This document shows positions 34,676 through 44,788 of a DNA stretch of 64,000 nucleotides, one piece after another (the stretch's first letter is position 1; each line of letters opens with the position of its first letter). Position numbers and translations under genes: made by a program. The DNA is from Ascoidea asiatica JCM 7603 (lineage: Eukaryota > Fungi > Ascomycota): positions 1,890,392 through 1,954,391 of the forward strand of contig BCKQ01000003.1 of the NCBI GenBank assembly GCA_001600695.1, given 5' to 3'. The notes under the pieces were generated by a model, which made no database searches, was not told the DNA's origin, and saw only the letters and a list, made by a program, of their open reading frames with translations.

Positions 34676-35925
34676 TTAAGATTTCATTTTGCCAATTGTA
34701 TTCTTTTGTAATTTTAAATCTGGTTCTCATTTTATTTTTATTTTTATTTTTATTTTTATTTTTATTTTTATTTTTGTATTTTTTTTGTATATTTTTGTGT
34801 ATTTTTGTGTATTTTTTTAGTGTATATTAATTATGTTTAAGTTTGATATTGACAGGTGTGGCTAATTCAAACTAGCCATATCTTTAAACCCGAAGTTACC
34901 TGATATGGATTGAAGGTGTTGATGAAGGCGCATTGTGTTTTTAGCTCGGTTCCTTTGCATTTTCAGTTTTTCCGGTGTAAAGCGTGCGTCACGTCGAGCT
35001 TCTCACAATCTTCGCAGCACGTTATTGTTAATGTCATTGTTGCTGTTGTTGTTGTTTTTGTTTATGTTTCCAATTTGGAACGCTCGTTAACCTCAGCTTT
35101 AACTTCACTTCTGCTTTAGCTTCATTTTTTCATCACTTCAAACTTTCCCTAATTTAATCTGTTTTAATGTTTACTGTATGGTCACGGGACTTTCCGATTA
35201 CGTAACCTCCAAGATCTGAACAAAATTCGTAATGGACAATACACAATAAACACATTCAATACTCAATGTTTGCAACTTACAACTTACAACATGTACAAAT
35301 ATTAGTAACTTCAAATATTCATTTTAAAAATTTAAAACAATATTTGATAATTTATTTGATAATATTTAATATTATTTTCTTTAACAATATTCGACAATAA
35401 ATCTTTGTTATTAATAATTTTTAATTATTTATATCTATGAATATATTTTGAAATATATTTAATAATAATCAATCAGATATCATTTATTATATCTTTAAAA
35501 CTCACTCAACTCTAGAGCTAGAGTTCTAAAAATTATCTCCTTTTGAAGATTTTTATAAACAACAACGTTTTATACTTCAAGTTCAAATCTCCAATTCTGG
35601 TTTAATCTTCTTTTTTCTTCACTGCGTTTTTACCTAATTTCATCTCGCTTCAAAATTTAATTGAAGTCATCTCCTTTCAAATTTTAATATAACTTCTTCA
35701 ATATTTAAAAACATAAAAAGATAAATTAATATACATTCAAATAAATAAGAAATAGATAAATATATAAAATATCTACTCCCATAATTATAAAATACCTATG
35801 CTATTTATTTATTCAATTTCAAAAAACCTCTTTAAATTTTAAGAAGTATTAACGCCTTTTTACTTTGTTATCTAATTGATATATTTTCTTCATAATAAAT
35901 TCATTCAAAACTAGTATAAACATTT

Positions 35926-35997
35926 TTATCAATATTATCAATATTATCAATATTATCAATATTATCAATATTATCAATATTATCAATATTATCAATA
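35926..35997. repeat. Tandem repeat (TTATCAATA)x8
   Basis: Eight exact 9-bp units about 120-190 bp upstream of the LRR gene ATG. Confidence 0.9.
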
Positions 35998-36114
35998 TTA
36001 TTATTCCAAAATATTCAAAGAATATTAACTTATGTTTTTTTTTTTCCAGTTTAATCTTTTTTTTATTATAAACTCATTAACAATATAATATAATATAATT
36101 TAACTTAATATAAT

Positions 36115-39100
36115 ATGACTGGAACTTGTGATGGCGATAAGTATATAAAGACTCTTGCAAGTTATATCAAGTCTCATGAACCTCAATTAGCAACTACTTT
36201 ATCTACTTATAAGAAAAATTCTAATTCTTCTTCAAATAATTCGAATAATAATGTAAGTAATTTAAATAATATAAATAATTCTACTAATACTAATCATATC
36301 AGTAATAATAATAATTCTTCTTCAAAATCAAAGCCTGTTAGATTATCTTTAACTTTACATCATCTATTTTTTTTATTAGAAAAATTTCAAAATATTGGTA
36401 TAAATGTTGGACCAATGAATATCAGACTTGAAATTGATGATGATGATTTAAATTATGTTTCTTTTTTATCTGATTCATCTTTTAATCAAAATAACTCAAA
36501 TTCAAACTCAAATTATAATCATAATTATAATTATAATAACTTACCTTCTAAAGATTATAATTACAAAGACTATATAACAAAAGATTATCCAAATTCTATC
36601 AATCATAATAATTCTAATAGTAAAACTTTTTCTGATACTGCTTCAATAAATTCAATGAATTCTGTAAGAACTGTGATGACTACCGTTTCTGCAATATGGA
36701 AATCAATCTCAAGTAATAAATTATCTTCTCACTCACATTCTCAATCTCAAACTCAACCCCAATCTTATTCTCAATCTCAATCTCAATCTCAATCTCAACC
36801 TTTTTCTCAATCTTATTCTCGGTCTTATTCATCAAATCAAAATCAAAATTCAAATAATATTCAAAATAATTCAAATTCTCTTTCAAAAGAAGTAGTTAAA
36901 AACTTAACTTATATATATAGTTGTTTTACAAAATTGCCTTGTTTAAGATTAGCTCCTGATAAAACTGCAAAATTAATTGAAAGTTATCAAGAATTTCCAT
37001 TTGATACTTCTGTCCCAATAAAAATTTTCAAAAATTTATCAAGTTTAGAAATTAATTCTTATAATCCAAAAGAAATCTTTGGTTGGGATCAATTATCAAT
37101 GAATTTAAAATTTTTAATAATCAAAAATACAACTATTGATGATATTAATATTATTTTAAGAGATTTAGTTATTGATGATTATTATAATAGAAAAAATAAA
37201 TCAATCAAATATAATAACTCTAATAACTCTAATAACAGTAATAACAGTAATAATATTAGTAATACTAACAATAATAACATAAATATTTTAAATACAAGCT
37301 CAAATACAAATACAAATACGAATACAAATTCTTATAATATTCCTCATTCTCATTCTTATTCTAATTCAAATTTAATAACTTTATCTCCTCAATCACTGTC
37401 AACCAATTTAACCAGAGCAAGAAGCTATAATTTAACTTCAAACTCAAATTCCACAATGAATACATCAACTACAACTTCTTCAAATCAAACTAATACATTT
37501 TCAAATTCAAACTTTAATAGAAATAACTCTTTCAGTACCTCTCCTCAAAATTCTTCTTCTTCATTATTGTTCAATAATTCTATAAATGATATTAATAATA
37601 ATATCAACAATAATAATCGAAAAAGAAAAAGATACCCAAATCAGAACAATACTTTATCTGATTCTTTAATTAATAATAATTCATCTTCAAATGATCTGAT
37701 TAGTAATAAACAAAATAATGACTTTTATATAAACTCAAATTATAATTTTACAAACAATAATTTTAATTTCAATTTCAATTTTACTTCCAATAACTCAAAT
37801 AATGATGGTTGCACCAATAATCCCGTTAATAATAATGGTGGAACTTCTAATGTAAAAAATCAAAGATATTCGCACTCCTTACATAATAATACTATTAATT
37901 TTGGTAATAATTATTATACTCATCATCATAGTAAAAGCAGCAGTAGTAATATAATACTTGATGATGATGACTTACTTGGAGATAAATGGTTAAATCTAAG
38001 ATATCTTTATCTTTCAAGTAATAATATTTCTACTATTTACAATAATACTTTCAATAACTTAGAGTCTTTAGTTTCCTTAGATCTTTCAAGTAACTCGATC
38101 ACTGAAGTTTCAGAGGCATTTCTTAGTTTTAAGAACCTAAGATCATTAAACTTATCCTCAAATTTCTTAACTTCAACTTCCAGTTTCAAAAATTTAAAAA
38201 ATTCAAAAAAATTGTCAATGGTTTATTTGAAGTCAAATACTATTTCAGATTTAGAAAATTTGAATAATTTATTGCATCTTGAAAAGTTGGATTTAAAAAA
38301 TAATAACTTAAATTCAATAAATGATCTAAAACCATTATTCATAAATCATAATTCTAAAAAAAATACATTGAAAAATTTATCCCTTTTAGGAAATCCATTA
38401 TGCTCATCTTATAAAAATTACAGAATAGAGTTATTCAATTTCAGTAATTATCTTTCCTGGAATTTAAAGATTGATGGATCTTGTCCAGGTTATTTGGAGT
38501 CAAGATATATCTTACACGATAAAAGTGTTTTAGAATTCAAATTCAATCGTTTTTTCTGCCAAGATACAGCTCCATTAGTTAATAAAGCTACTAAAAATCT
38601 CGAAATTATTCCTAATTTGAATTCTTTCCAAAAAAAATCAAAAAACATAAATATAAACTCTTCTGATAATAAGAAAAAAAATTATTGTAATGATGATGAT
38701 GCACCAATGATTGCTAAACTTTCTCAGTCATTTGGAGGATTAAATATTGGTCGAGCATTAATTCCTTTAACATCTATTGCAATAAATTCACCTATGAAGC
38801 TCTACGACAATGAAGAAGAAGATTTGGATGGTTTGGAGCAATTAAGTAAATCACAACCAACAACATCTTCAGTTCTTAAGCCTTTAAGTTACAATATTAA
38901 GCCTATTGATATTCGGAATAATAAATTATTCATCTCCCAAGAGCCAAAACCAATATCTCAACTGTACACTATTAATGCTTCTCAATCTACTAATAATATT
39001 TCTAAAATATTCAAGCAAAATGAAGATTCTTATAATCCTGTTGAAAATGGTGAACGATTCAGAAGACATAGTTTGATGAATCCAATGACTTCGTTAGAAC

Positions 39101-39792
39101 CTCAACTTACAGTATTGACTACAATGCCTGTTTCTAATTCAAATAAGAACCTTACAGATTTATTAAATAATTATAGCATATCCGGTAAAACCGATAAGCG
39201 TTCATCAGATGATCAATTAGAAACAAGATTAATGGAAGCACAAAAAGAAAATTTATTTTCTCAGGCTCAATCTTCTATTACAAAGCGCTTAACATTCACA
39301 GCTAAATCAAATTCTAATATCAATAAGCCACATATTTCTTCTTCTAAACCAATTGATATTAAACCCAATAATAGTTCTTTTTATCATTCAAGATCAAAAT
39401 CCGGAATAAGTATTCAAGATGTTTTATTGTCTCCTTTATCAGGTACATCACCAATAAAGGATAATCCAATTAATAAACTAAGGATATGCGAACCTGCAGA
39501 ACCTATAATCACAACTTTTTCATCTTCTCCAACTACAGATCTTATCGCAATAACTCCAAAAGTAACTGCACCTTTTTCGGTAGATCTAAAAGAAGCTAGC
39601 TCTTTCAGTGAATATTCTCATAATGATGTTGAAACTTTAGAAGGTTTTAATTATAAAGATGAAAGGGTTAATTTGGTGAAAACCAATAGCAACAGCACTT
39701 TTTCCCAGAAAGATATTGGAAGAAATGTAAATCAACTTTCTTCTTCTGCTCCAGACTCGAGTGCACTTTCGTCTTTATCAGTTGAAACTTGA
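36115..39792 (+). CDS. Fungal leucine-rich-repeat protein (nischarin/STK11IP-related family) with Asn/Ser-rich inserts
   Basis: Conserved blocks LSLTLHHLFFLL, VGPMNIRLE, FTKLPCLRL, EFPFDTSVP, FGWDQL; LRRs LxxLxLSxNxI around aa 625-760. Confidence 0.8.
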   Translation: MTGTCDGDKYIKTLASYIKSHEPQLATTLSTYKKNSNSSSNNSNNNVSNLNNINNSTNTNHISNNNNSSSKSKPVRLSLTLHHLFFLLEKFQNIGINVGPMNIRLEIDDDDLNYVSFLSDSSFNQNNSNSNSNYNHNYNYNNLPSKDYNYKDYITKDYPNSINHNNSNSKTFSDTASINSMNSVRTVMTTVSAIWKSISSNKLSSHSHSQSQTQPQSYSQSQSQSQSQPFSQSYSRSYSSNQNQNSNNIQNNSNSLSKEVVKNLTYIYSCFTKLPCLRLAPDKTAKLIESYQEFPFDTSVPIKIFKNLSSLEINSYNPKEIFGWDQLSMNLKFLIIKNTTIDDINIILRDLVIDDYYNRKNKSIKYNNSNNSNNSNNSNNISNTNNNNINILNTSSNTNTNTNTNSYNIPHSHSYSNSNLITLSPQSLSTNLTRARSYNLTSNSNSTMNTSTTTSSNQTNTFSNSNFNRNNSFSTSPQNSSSSLLFNNSINDINNNINNNNRKRKRYPNQNNTLSDSLINNNSSSNDLISNKQNNDFYINSNYNFTNNNFNFNFNFTSNNSNNDGCTNNPVNNNGGTSNVKNQRYSHSLHNNTINFGNNYYTHHHSKSSSSNIILDDDDLLGDKWLNLRYLYLSSNNISTIYNNTFNNLESLVSLDLSSNSITEVSEAFLSFKNLRSLNLSSNFLTSTSSFKNLKNSKKLSMVYLKSNTISDLENLNNLLHLEKLDLKNNNLNSINDLKPLFINHNSKKNTLKNLSLLGNPLCSSYKNYRIELFNFSNYLSWNLKIDGSCPGYLESRYILHDKSVLEFKFNRFFCQDTAPLVNKATKNLEIIPNLNSFQKKSKNININSSDNKKKNYCNDDDAPMIAKLSQSFGGLNIGRALIPLTSIAINSPMKLYDNEEEDLDGLEQLSKSQPTTSSVLKPLSYNIKPIDIRNNKLFISQEPKPISQLYTINASQSTNNISKIFKQNEDSYNPVENGERFRRHSLMNPMTSLEPQLTVLTTMPVSNSNKNLTDLLNNYSISGKTDKRSSDDQLETRLMEAQKENLFSQAQSSITKRLTFTAKSNSNINKPHISSSKPIDIKPNNSSFYHSRSKSGISIQDVLLSPLSGTSPIKDNPINKLRICEPAEPIITTFSSSPTTDLIAITPKVTAPFSVDLKEASSFSEYSHNDVETLEGFNYKDERVNLVKTNSNSTFSQKDIGRNVNQLSSSAPDSSALSSLSVET

Positions 39793-41170
39793 TTTTATCT
39801 GTCCGTACTGAAAACCAAATTTCTTAATGCAAATTTAATTTATTTTGTTTCTGTTGTTTACATTTCAATACTTTTGGCTATAATGTATTCCATTCTTTTT
39901 ACATTTAGAATGAATGATGATATGTTGTCTTTGAATGGAAACCGATTACTTTGGCGTATTTTAATGACATTAAATTTTCATAAAAATTGAAAAATACTGA
40001 ATCAATATTAAAGAGATTCATCATGATACAGTAACTTCAACAGTACTGACTATAAAAGAGGTTGATTACTTTGTGAAATTTTATTACTTGGTTCTCTTTT
40101 TTATCAATTATCTATTAAGCTAATGTCTACTCGAAGCTTATTTACATATTTTTTTTAATCAATCTTTTCTCATTAATTTTCATCATTTTCAGTTCTTCCT
40201 AGTTTTTTGTTATTGAACTTTTTTTTTATTTTTTTTAATTAAGTATTATTTTCATTGTTTACTAGTATTGTCAATTACTATCCTTTGCCAAAATCTCAAA
40301 GGCCTTTTCTAAACTCATTCATTCATGTTTTTTTCCATATATATAATTTTTTCTATCTGTTTCTGTGTTTCTGTTTCTGTTTTTATATGGTTTTGCTCAT
40401 GTTTTTATACATTGATCAGTTTAAGTCTGAAAAGCTCGAAATTTTTGTAGAACGGATTGGTTCCCATTTTTGTTTTTTCTTATTACCTTTCTTATAAGTA
40501 ATCAAACTATCATTTTTTGTACTTTATTCAAATATAAATCAATTTAAATTAAACTAAATTTTCAAAACCACTTCTAGTAATAGTCAATTACCTATTCAAA
40601 ACTATTACCCCAGTATATCATATCTTGTCATATCATATCATATCGCATATCATGGTAACATTAGTACTACCGTTGAATAATTGCCAAATTAGGAACAAAA
40701 AAGATAAACAACCGCGAGAACCCAAATTCCGCGTCAGGATATTTTTGGAGCATAATTTGCGCCTTCTTATTGGCCCGGTCGTGCGCGGAGTTGACAATAG
40801 ATTGAAGAACCCGGAAATGGCACAAATAATAATAAGGCCATCTTCTTTTTGCGTGTGATCATAAAATTTTTTAACAGAATCATTCAGATCTCACGACAAA
40901 AACGTTATTTAATACAAATGCAAATAAAGCACTAACAAAATTTGACAACTAGAGCAAATTAATATATTTATATCTATTAAAAGGTAACAAAAATATATTT
41001 GCACATCAATGATAAATATCAACTAACTAAATTACTTGCAAAATCTTTCAAATTCCATCACATTTTTTTATTCTATAAGAAAAAATAAATATATTCAGCC
41101 TTAAACTACAATTTCAACCTCAAGTTTTGAATAATCATATTGCTGCTATATAAAAAATAAATAAAAAAAA

Positions 41171-42616
41171 ATGTCCTTTAATATAAGTTGGGATTCATTT
41201 GAACAAGAATCTTTAATGTCTTGGTGTAAACAAATATTACATGATGCTTTAAATCAATCTAATAAAAGGCCTGATATATTGGCGTCAAATATTGTAATTC
41301 AAGATTTAAATTTTGGTAAAATCTCTCCATCCTTTGAAATCTTGGAAATTGGAGATTTAGCTGATGATAGATTTAGAGGTATATTTAAAGTAAATTATAA
41401 TGGCGATGCTCATATTACTTTATTCACAAATATCCAAGCAAATCCTATTAATATATATTGGAAAAACTCTGTGAATGATATTTTACAAAATAATAATGAA
41501 TTTACTAATGTTTTACCAAATTTATCATCAATTTCACAAAATTTAGCAATACCTGTTAACTTGAAATTATCCAAAATTAAAATTTCCGGAATAATAGTTA
41601 CTGTTTTTAATAAATCAAAAGGTTTAACATTAGTATTCAAAAATGATCCATTAGAAAATATTGAAGTAAGTTCAACTTTTGATACAATTCCTGCAATAAG
41701 AAATTTTTTACAAAAACAAATCGAAAATAAAATCAGAGAATTGTTTAGAGAAGTATTACCTGGTGTACTTTATCAATATTCTCAAAAATGGGTTGCAAAT
41801 GGTCTTCATTCACATTTAGTATTTCTGAAAACTTCCAAATCTTTGAAAAGTAAACATACTGGATCTGAAGATGAAATTGAAGATGATGAAAATTCTCTTA
41901 AATCTAAAGAAATATCTTTATCTGATATTAATCCTGATGGTCCTGATTTATCTCCAGCAAATATGTTAAGATTATCAACTTTATCTTCTTCCAGGCAGAC
42001 TCTATCCTTGGATGTTGTTAAAATAGAAGATTTTGTTCAAAGATCGTCTTTGGAATTTACTAATACTTATAATCAAAAAACAGAACATTTAAATATAAAT
42101 TCATCTAACCTTCCATTTTCAACTGAAAATTATAATCCAAATGAAATAAATAAATATCTTGATAATATATCTCGATTTCAATTGAATAATTATAATAAGG
42201 GTCATGCCAATATTCAACCAAGGCGAAGAGTAATACATTTAGGAAAGAAAAAGAAATTAAAGAGCTCAAAATCTTCTTCTAAATTGAAAGTATCTGTAGA
42301 AAAAGAATCAGTGACTAAAGAGAAAAAACCAATCAAATCACAATCTTCTTCAATTGTTAAAACTGACAATCATATATCATCTGATTCTAAGAAATCAAAA
42401 TTATCCAATCAATTATTAAGCATTAATGAATCTTTAGATCCTGCTCCTAGTTATGAAATTGCTGTTCAATCCAAACAACCTCAATTAAAATCTCTCTATT
42501 CAACACAATCATTAATGACTTCATTACCACCTTCTAATACCTTTAAATTTCCCTTGAGGCCTCCTTTATATAGCTATCCATCTGTTTGTTCATTTTCATT
42601 CCATAATATCAAATGA
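41171..42616 (+). CDS. MDM34: ERMES subunit Mdm34 (SMP domain)
   Basis: MSFNISW, LNFGKISPSFEILEIGDL..DRFRGIFK, KGLTLVFKNDPLE..VSSTFD, LSSSRQTLSL. Confidence 0.95.
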   Translation: MSFNISWDSFEQESLMSWCKQILHDALNQSNKRPDILASNIVIQDLNFGKISPSFEILEIGDLADDRFRGIFKVNYNGDAHITLFTNIQANPINIYWKNSVNDILQNNNEFTNVLPNLSSISQNLAIPVNLKLSKIKISGIIVTVFNKSKGLTLVFKNDPLENIEVSSTFDTIPAIRNFLQKQIENKIRELFREVLPGVLYQYSQKWVANGLHSHLVFLKTSKSLKSKHTGSEDEIEDDENSLKSKEISLSDINPDGPDLSPANMLRLSTLSSSRQTLSLDVVKIEDFVQRSSLEFTNTYNQKTEHLNINSSNLPFSTENYNPNEINKYLDNISRFQLNNYNKGHANIQPRRRVIHLGKKKKLKSSKSSSKLKVSVEKESVTKEKKPIKSQSSSIVKTDNHISSDSKKSKLSNQLLSINESLDPAPSYEIAVQSKQPQLKSLYSTQSLMTSLPPSNTFKFPLRPPLYSYPSVCSFSFHNIK

Positions 42617-43387
42617 GAGAAGCGTTTTTTTTTTCTCACTTCTGTTTTGATTTCTTTTTTTACATATTCTATTTGTTGTTGTCTTACTTTTTTTACTTTT
42701 TTATTTGTTTTACTGCTTCCTTTTCTCAATTATGTGCTAACTAATTTCTTGTTTATATTATAATTTATACTTATTTATGTTTTTTGATCGACCATTTAAG
42801 ATTCAATCAAGGTTTTTATAGTTTACATTTTGTATGTAAAAAGTCTTTGAATATTTTTCAAGTGGGCATATATACCAGAGTAAAAATAAAAGTATCAATA
42901 CTACAGTAGTTGAAAATAATTAGAAGAAAAGTTTTGTAACTTCCTTAGCGAATAAGTTTTAAGGTATCACTTTTCGTATTAATATTTAACTAATGGTCAT
43001 CAGTTTCAAATATTTTGTACGATTATTTTTCTTGTAAAAAATCTTGGAAGTACTACTAAGTTGGAGAAACTCCCCTTAATTATTTAAAGAACTATACTAG
43101 AGTATAACAAATTTCATTGTCATTATTTACTAGATTTGAATAGAAATTCATTAAATGAAAAAATAGGAGAATGTGTAATGTGACTAGGAAAAAAAAAATG
43201 AACTAACTAAAACAAATTCAGAATTGAAATTTAATACAACATTAAATATAAAATAAAATATAAAATACGAAACAGAAAAAAACAGAATAAACAAGTGAAA
43301 ATAGAATAATAAAAATAACTAACGAAATGGATAAAGAAAAAATGTAGAAGTAATAAAGATTTAAGTCTAATAATAACAGGATAAATC

Positions 43388-44263
43388 TTAATTTAATAAG
43401 GATTTAATAGAAGATCTGTCAGATTTACTGGCAAGATTTTTTCGAGATATTGAAGAATGCTTTGAAGCACTTCCAGTTACGAGCCTTCTCCATCTAAATT
43501 GACAAGCATTCGGAGTTCTTCTTGGAAAATATGTTGAAACAGCTCTCCAACCCAATTTTTTTTCTTCTTTCAAATATCTTAATAATTTATCATCAGCATG
43601 AGACCAAGCACTAGCTTGTTTTGGAATTAGTTTAAGACTTGCTTTTGAATGACTTAAAGAGCTTAATGGAGTTACAACTCTTTGATATGCATCCATTGAA
43701 TAATTATTAAATTGATTAGATTGTACTGGCATTTGATTTGAATATAAATAGTTAGGAGAAGTCATATATGGAGGAGTTGGTATTGGTTGATATTGTTGTG
43801 GTGGATTTGAATAAAATGGATAATTAGGTTGAGGATGTTGAATCTGCTGAGGTGCTTGTTGAGAACCTTGCAGTATTGGGCCAGGGTGAACATGTTGTTG
43901 TTGCTGTTGTTGTAACAGAGGTGGTTGTTGAAAGTTATTTATTTGAATTTGCTGTGTTTGTTGAAATTGTTGAACTTGCTGAACTGCAGGAGTACTTGAG
44001 GATGATGAAGGTTGATTTGGAAGAGATTGGGATCTGTTTATATTCATTTCATAAGCATATCGACTATTTGGTGATAAAGATTCTTGACTAGGTGGTGGTG
44101 TTGGTATATTTTGTGTTACAGATGTTAAAAAATAGCATCTTTTACTTTGCTTGAACAAATCTTTGATTCCAGGAAGCTTAATTTTACCATAAGATTGATA
44201 AATAGGGATAATACTATCAGAAATAGATGGAAGAGAAAATTGACCCTGCTGAATTTGACTCAT
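43388..44263 (-). CDS. Myb/SANT transcription factor with Dot6/Tod6-type domain at the C-terminus and Q/P-rich body
   Basis: WSHADDKLLRYLKEEKKLGWRAVSTYFPRRTPNACQFRWRRL is near-identical to the Dot6 Myb repeat; LPSI, LPGIKDLF and terminal SIKSLLN motifs. Confidence 0.85.
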   Translation of the reverse strand: MSQIQQGQFSLPSISDSIIPIYQSYGKIKLPGIKDLFKQSKRCYFLTSVTQNIPTPPPSQESLSPNSRYAYEMNINRSQSLPNQPSSSSSTPAVQQVQQFQQTQQIQINNFQQPPLLQQQQQQHVHPGPILQGSQQAPQQIQHPQPNYPFYSNPPQQYQPIPTPPYMTSPNYLYSNQMPVQSNQFNNYSMDAYQRVVTPLSSLSHSKASLKLIPKQASAWSHADDKLLRYLKEEKKLGWRAVSTYFPRRTPNACQFRWRRLVTGSASKHSSISRKNLASKSDRSSIKSLLN

Positions 44264-44689
44264 ATTGTTCTCCGAATAATAAAAATTTCTTTTATGAATA
44301 GTAATTTTGTTTATTGTATAAAAAATTTATTAATAGTAGTTATTAATATAGAAGATCAAGTAATTTATATAATATAGCTTTGTCTCGTTTCTACGATGTA
44401 AGAGTAGTGTATATGACAATATGATTGAAGGTATAAAATAATATATAAAAAAAAAGACTAGTTTATTTAAAAAAAATATAATAAAAAAAATAAAATAAGA
44501 AGGAGATTTAATATCTTTTATAACATATTTCTGAATATTTAAATAACTTCAAAATAAAGTGGGAAAATGGAAATGATAGAAAATAATTGAATTGAACTAA
44601 TATTGTAGAGAATATTCTTAAGAAAAATAACAAGAGAAGAGTAAGTTTTATTAAATCTAAAATTTTCCAATAGGTATGTAACGGTTAAG

Positions 44690-44788
44690 TTTACAAGATA
44701 TTTTACAGGATGTTTTACAAGATATTTTACAAAATGTTTTACAAGATACTTACTTCATAGGATACTTTTACAGGATAACTTACAGGAG
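44690..44788. repeat. Degenerate 12-bp tandem repeat TTTTACA(A/G)GAT(A/G), about 8 copies
   Basis: Units read directly at 44690, 44701, 44713, 44725, 44737, then degenerate copies to 44788. Confidence 0.8.

Noticed and set aside
29800-35200. Active hAT element around the BED-finger gene
   Set aside because: No terminal inverted repeats or 8-bp target duplication seen; catalytic motifs degenerate.
35926-35997. CRISPR-like or telomeric array
   Set aside because: Simple head-to-tail repeat with no spacers; eukaryotic internal location.
42584-42800. Possible 3' intron in MDM34 (GTTTGT...TGCTAAC...AAG)
   Set aside because: ORF already ends plausibly at 42616, branch-to-acceptor distance is long and the alternative tail has no homology support.
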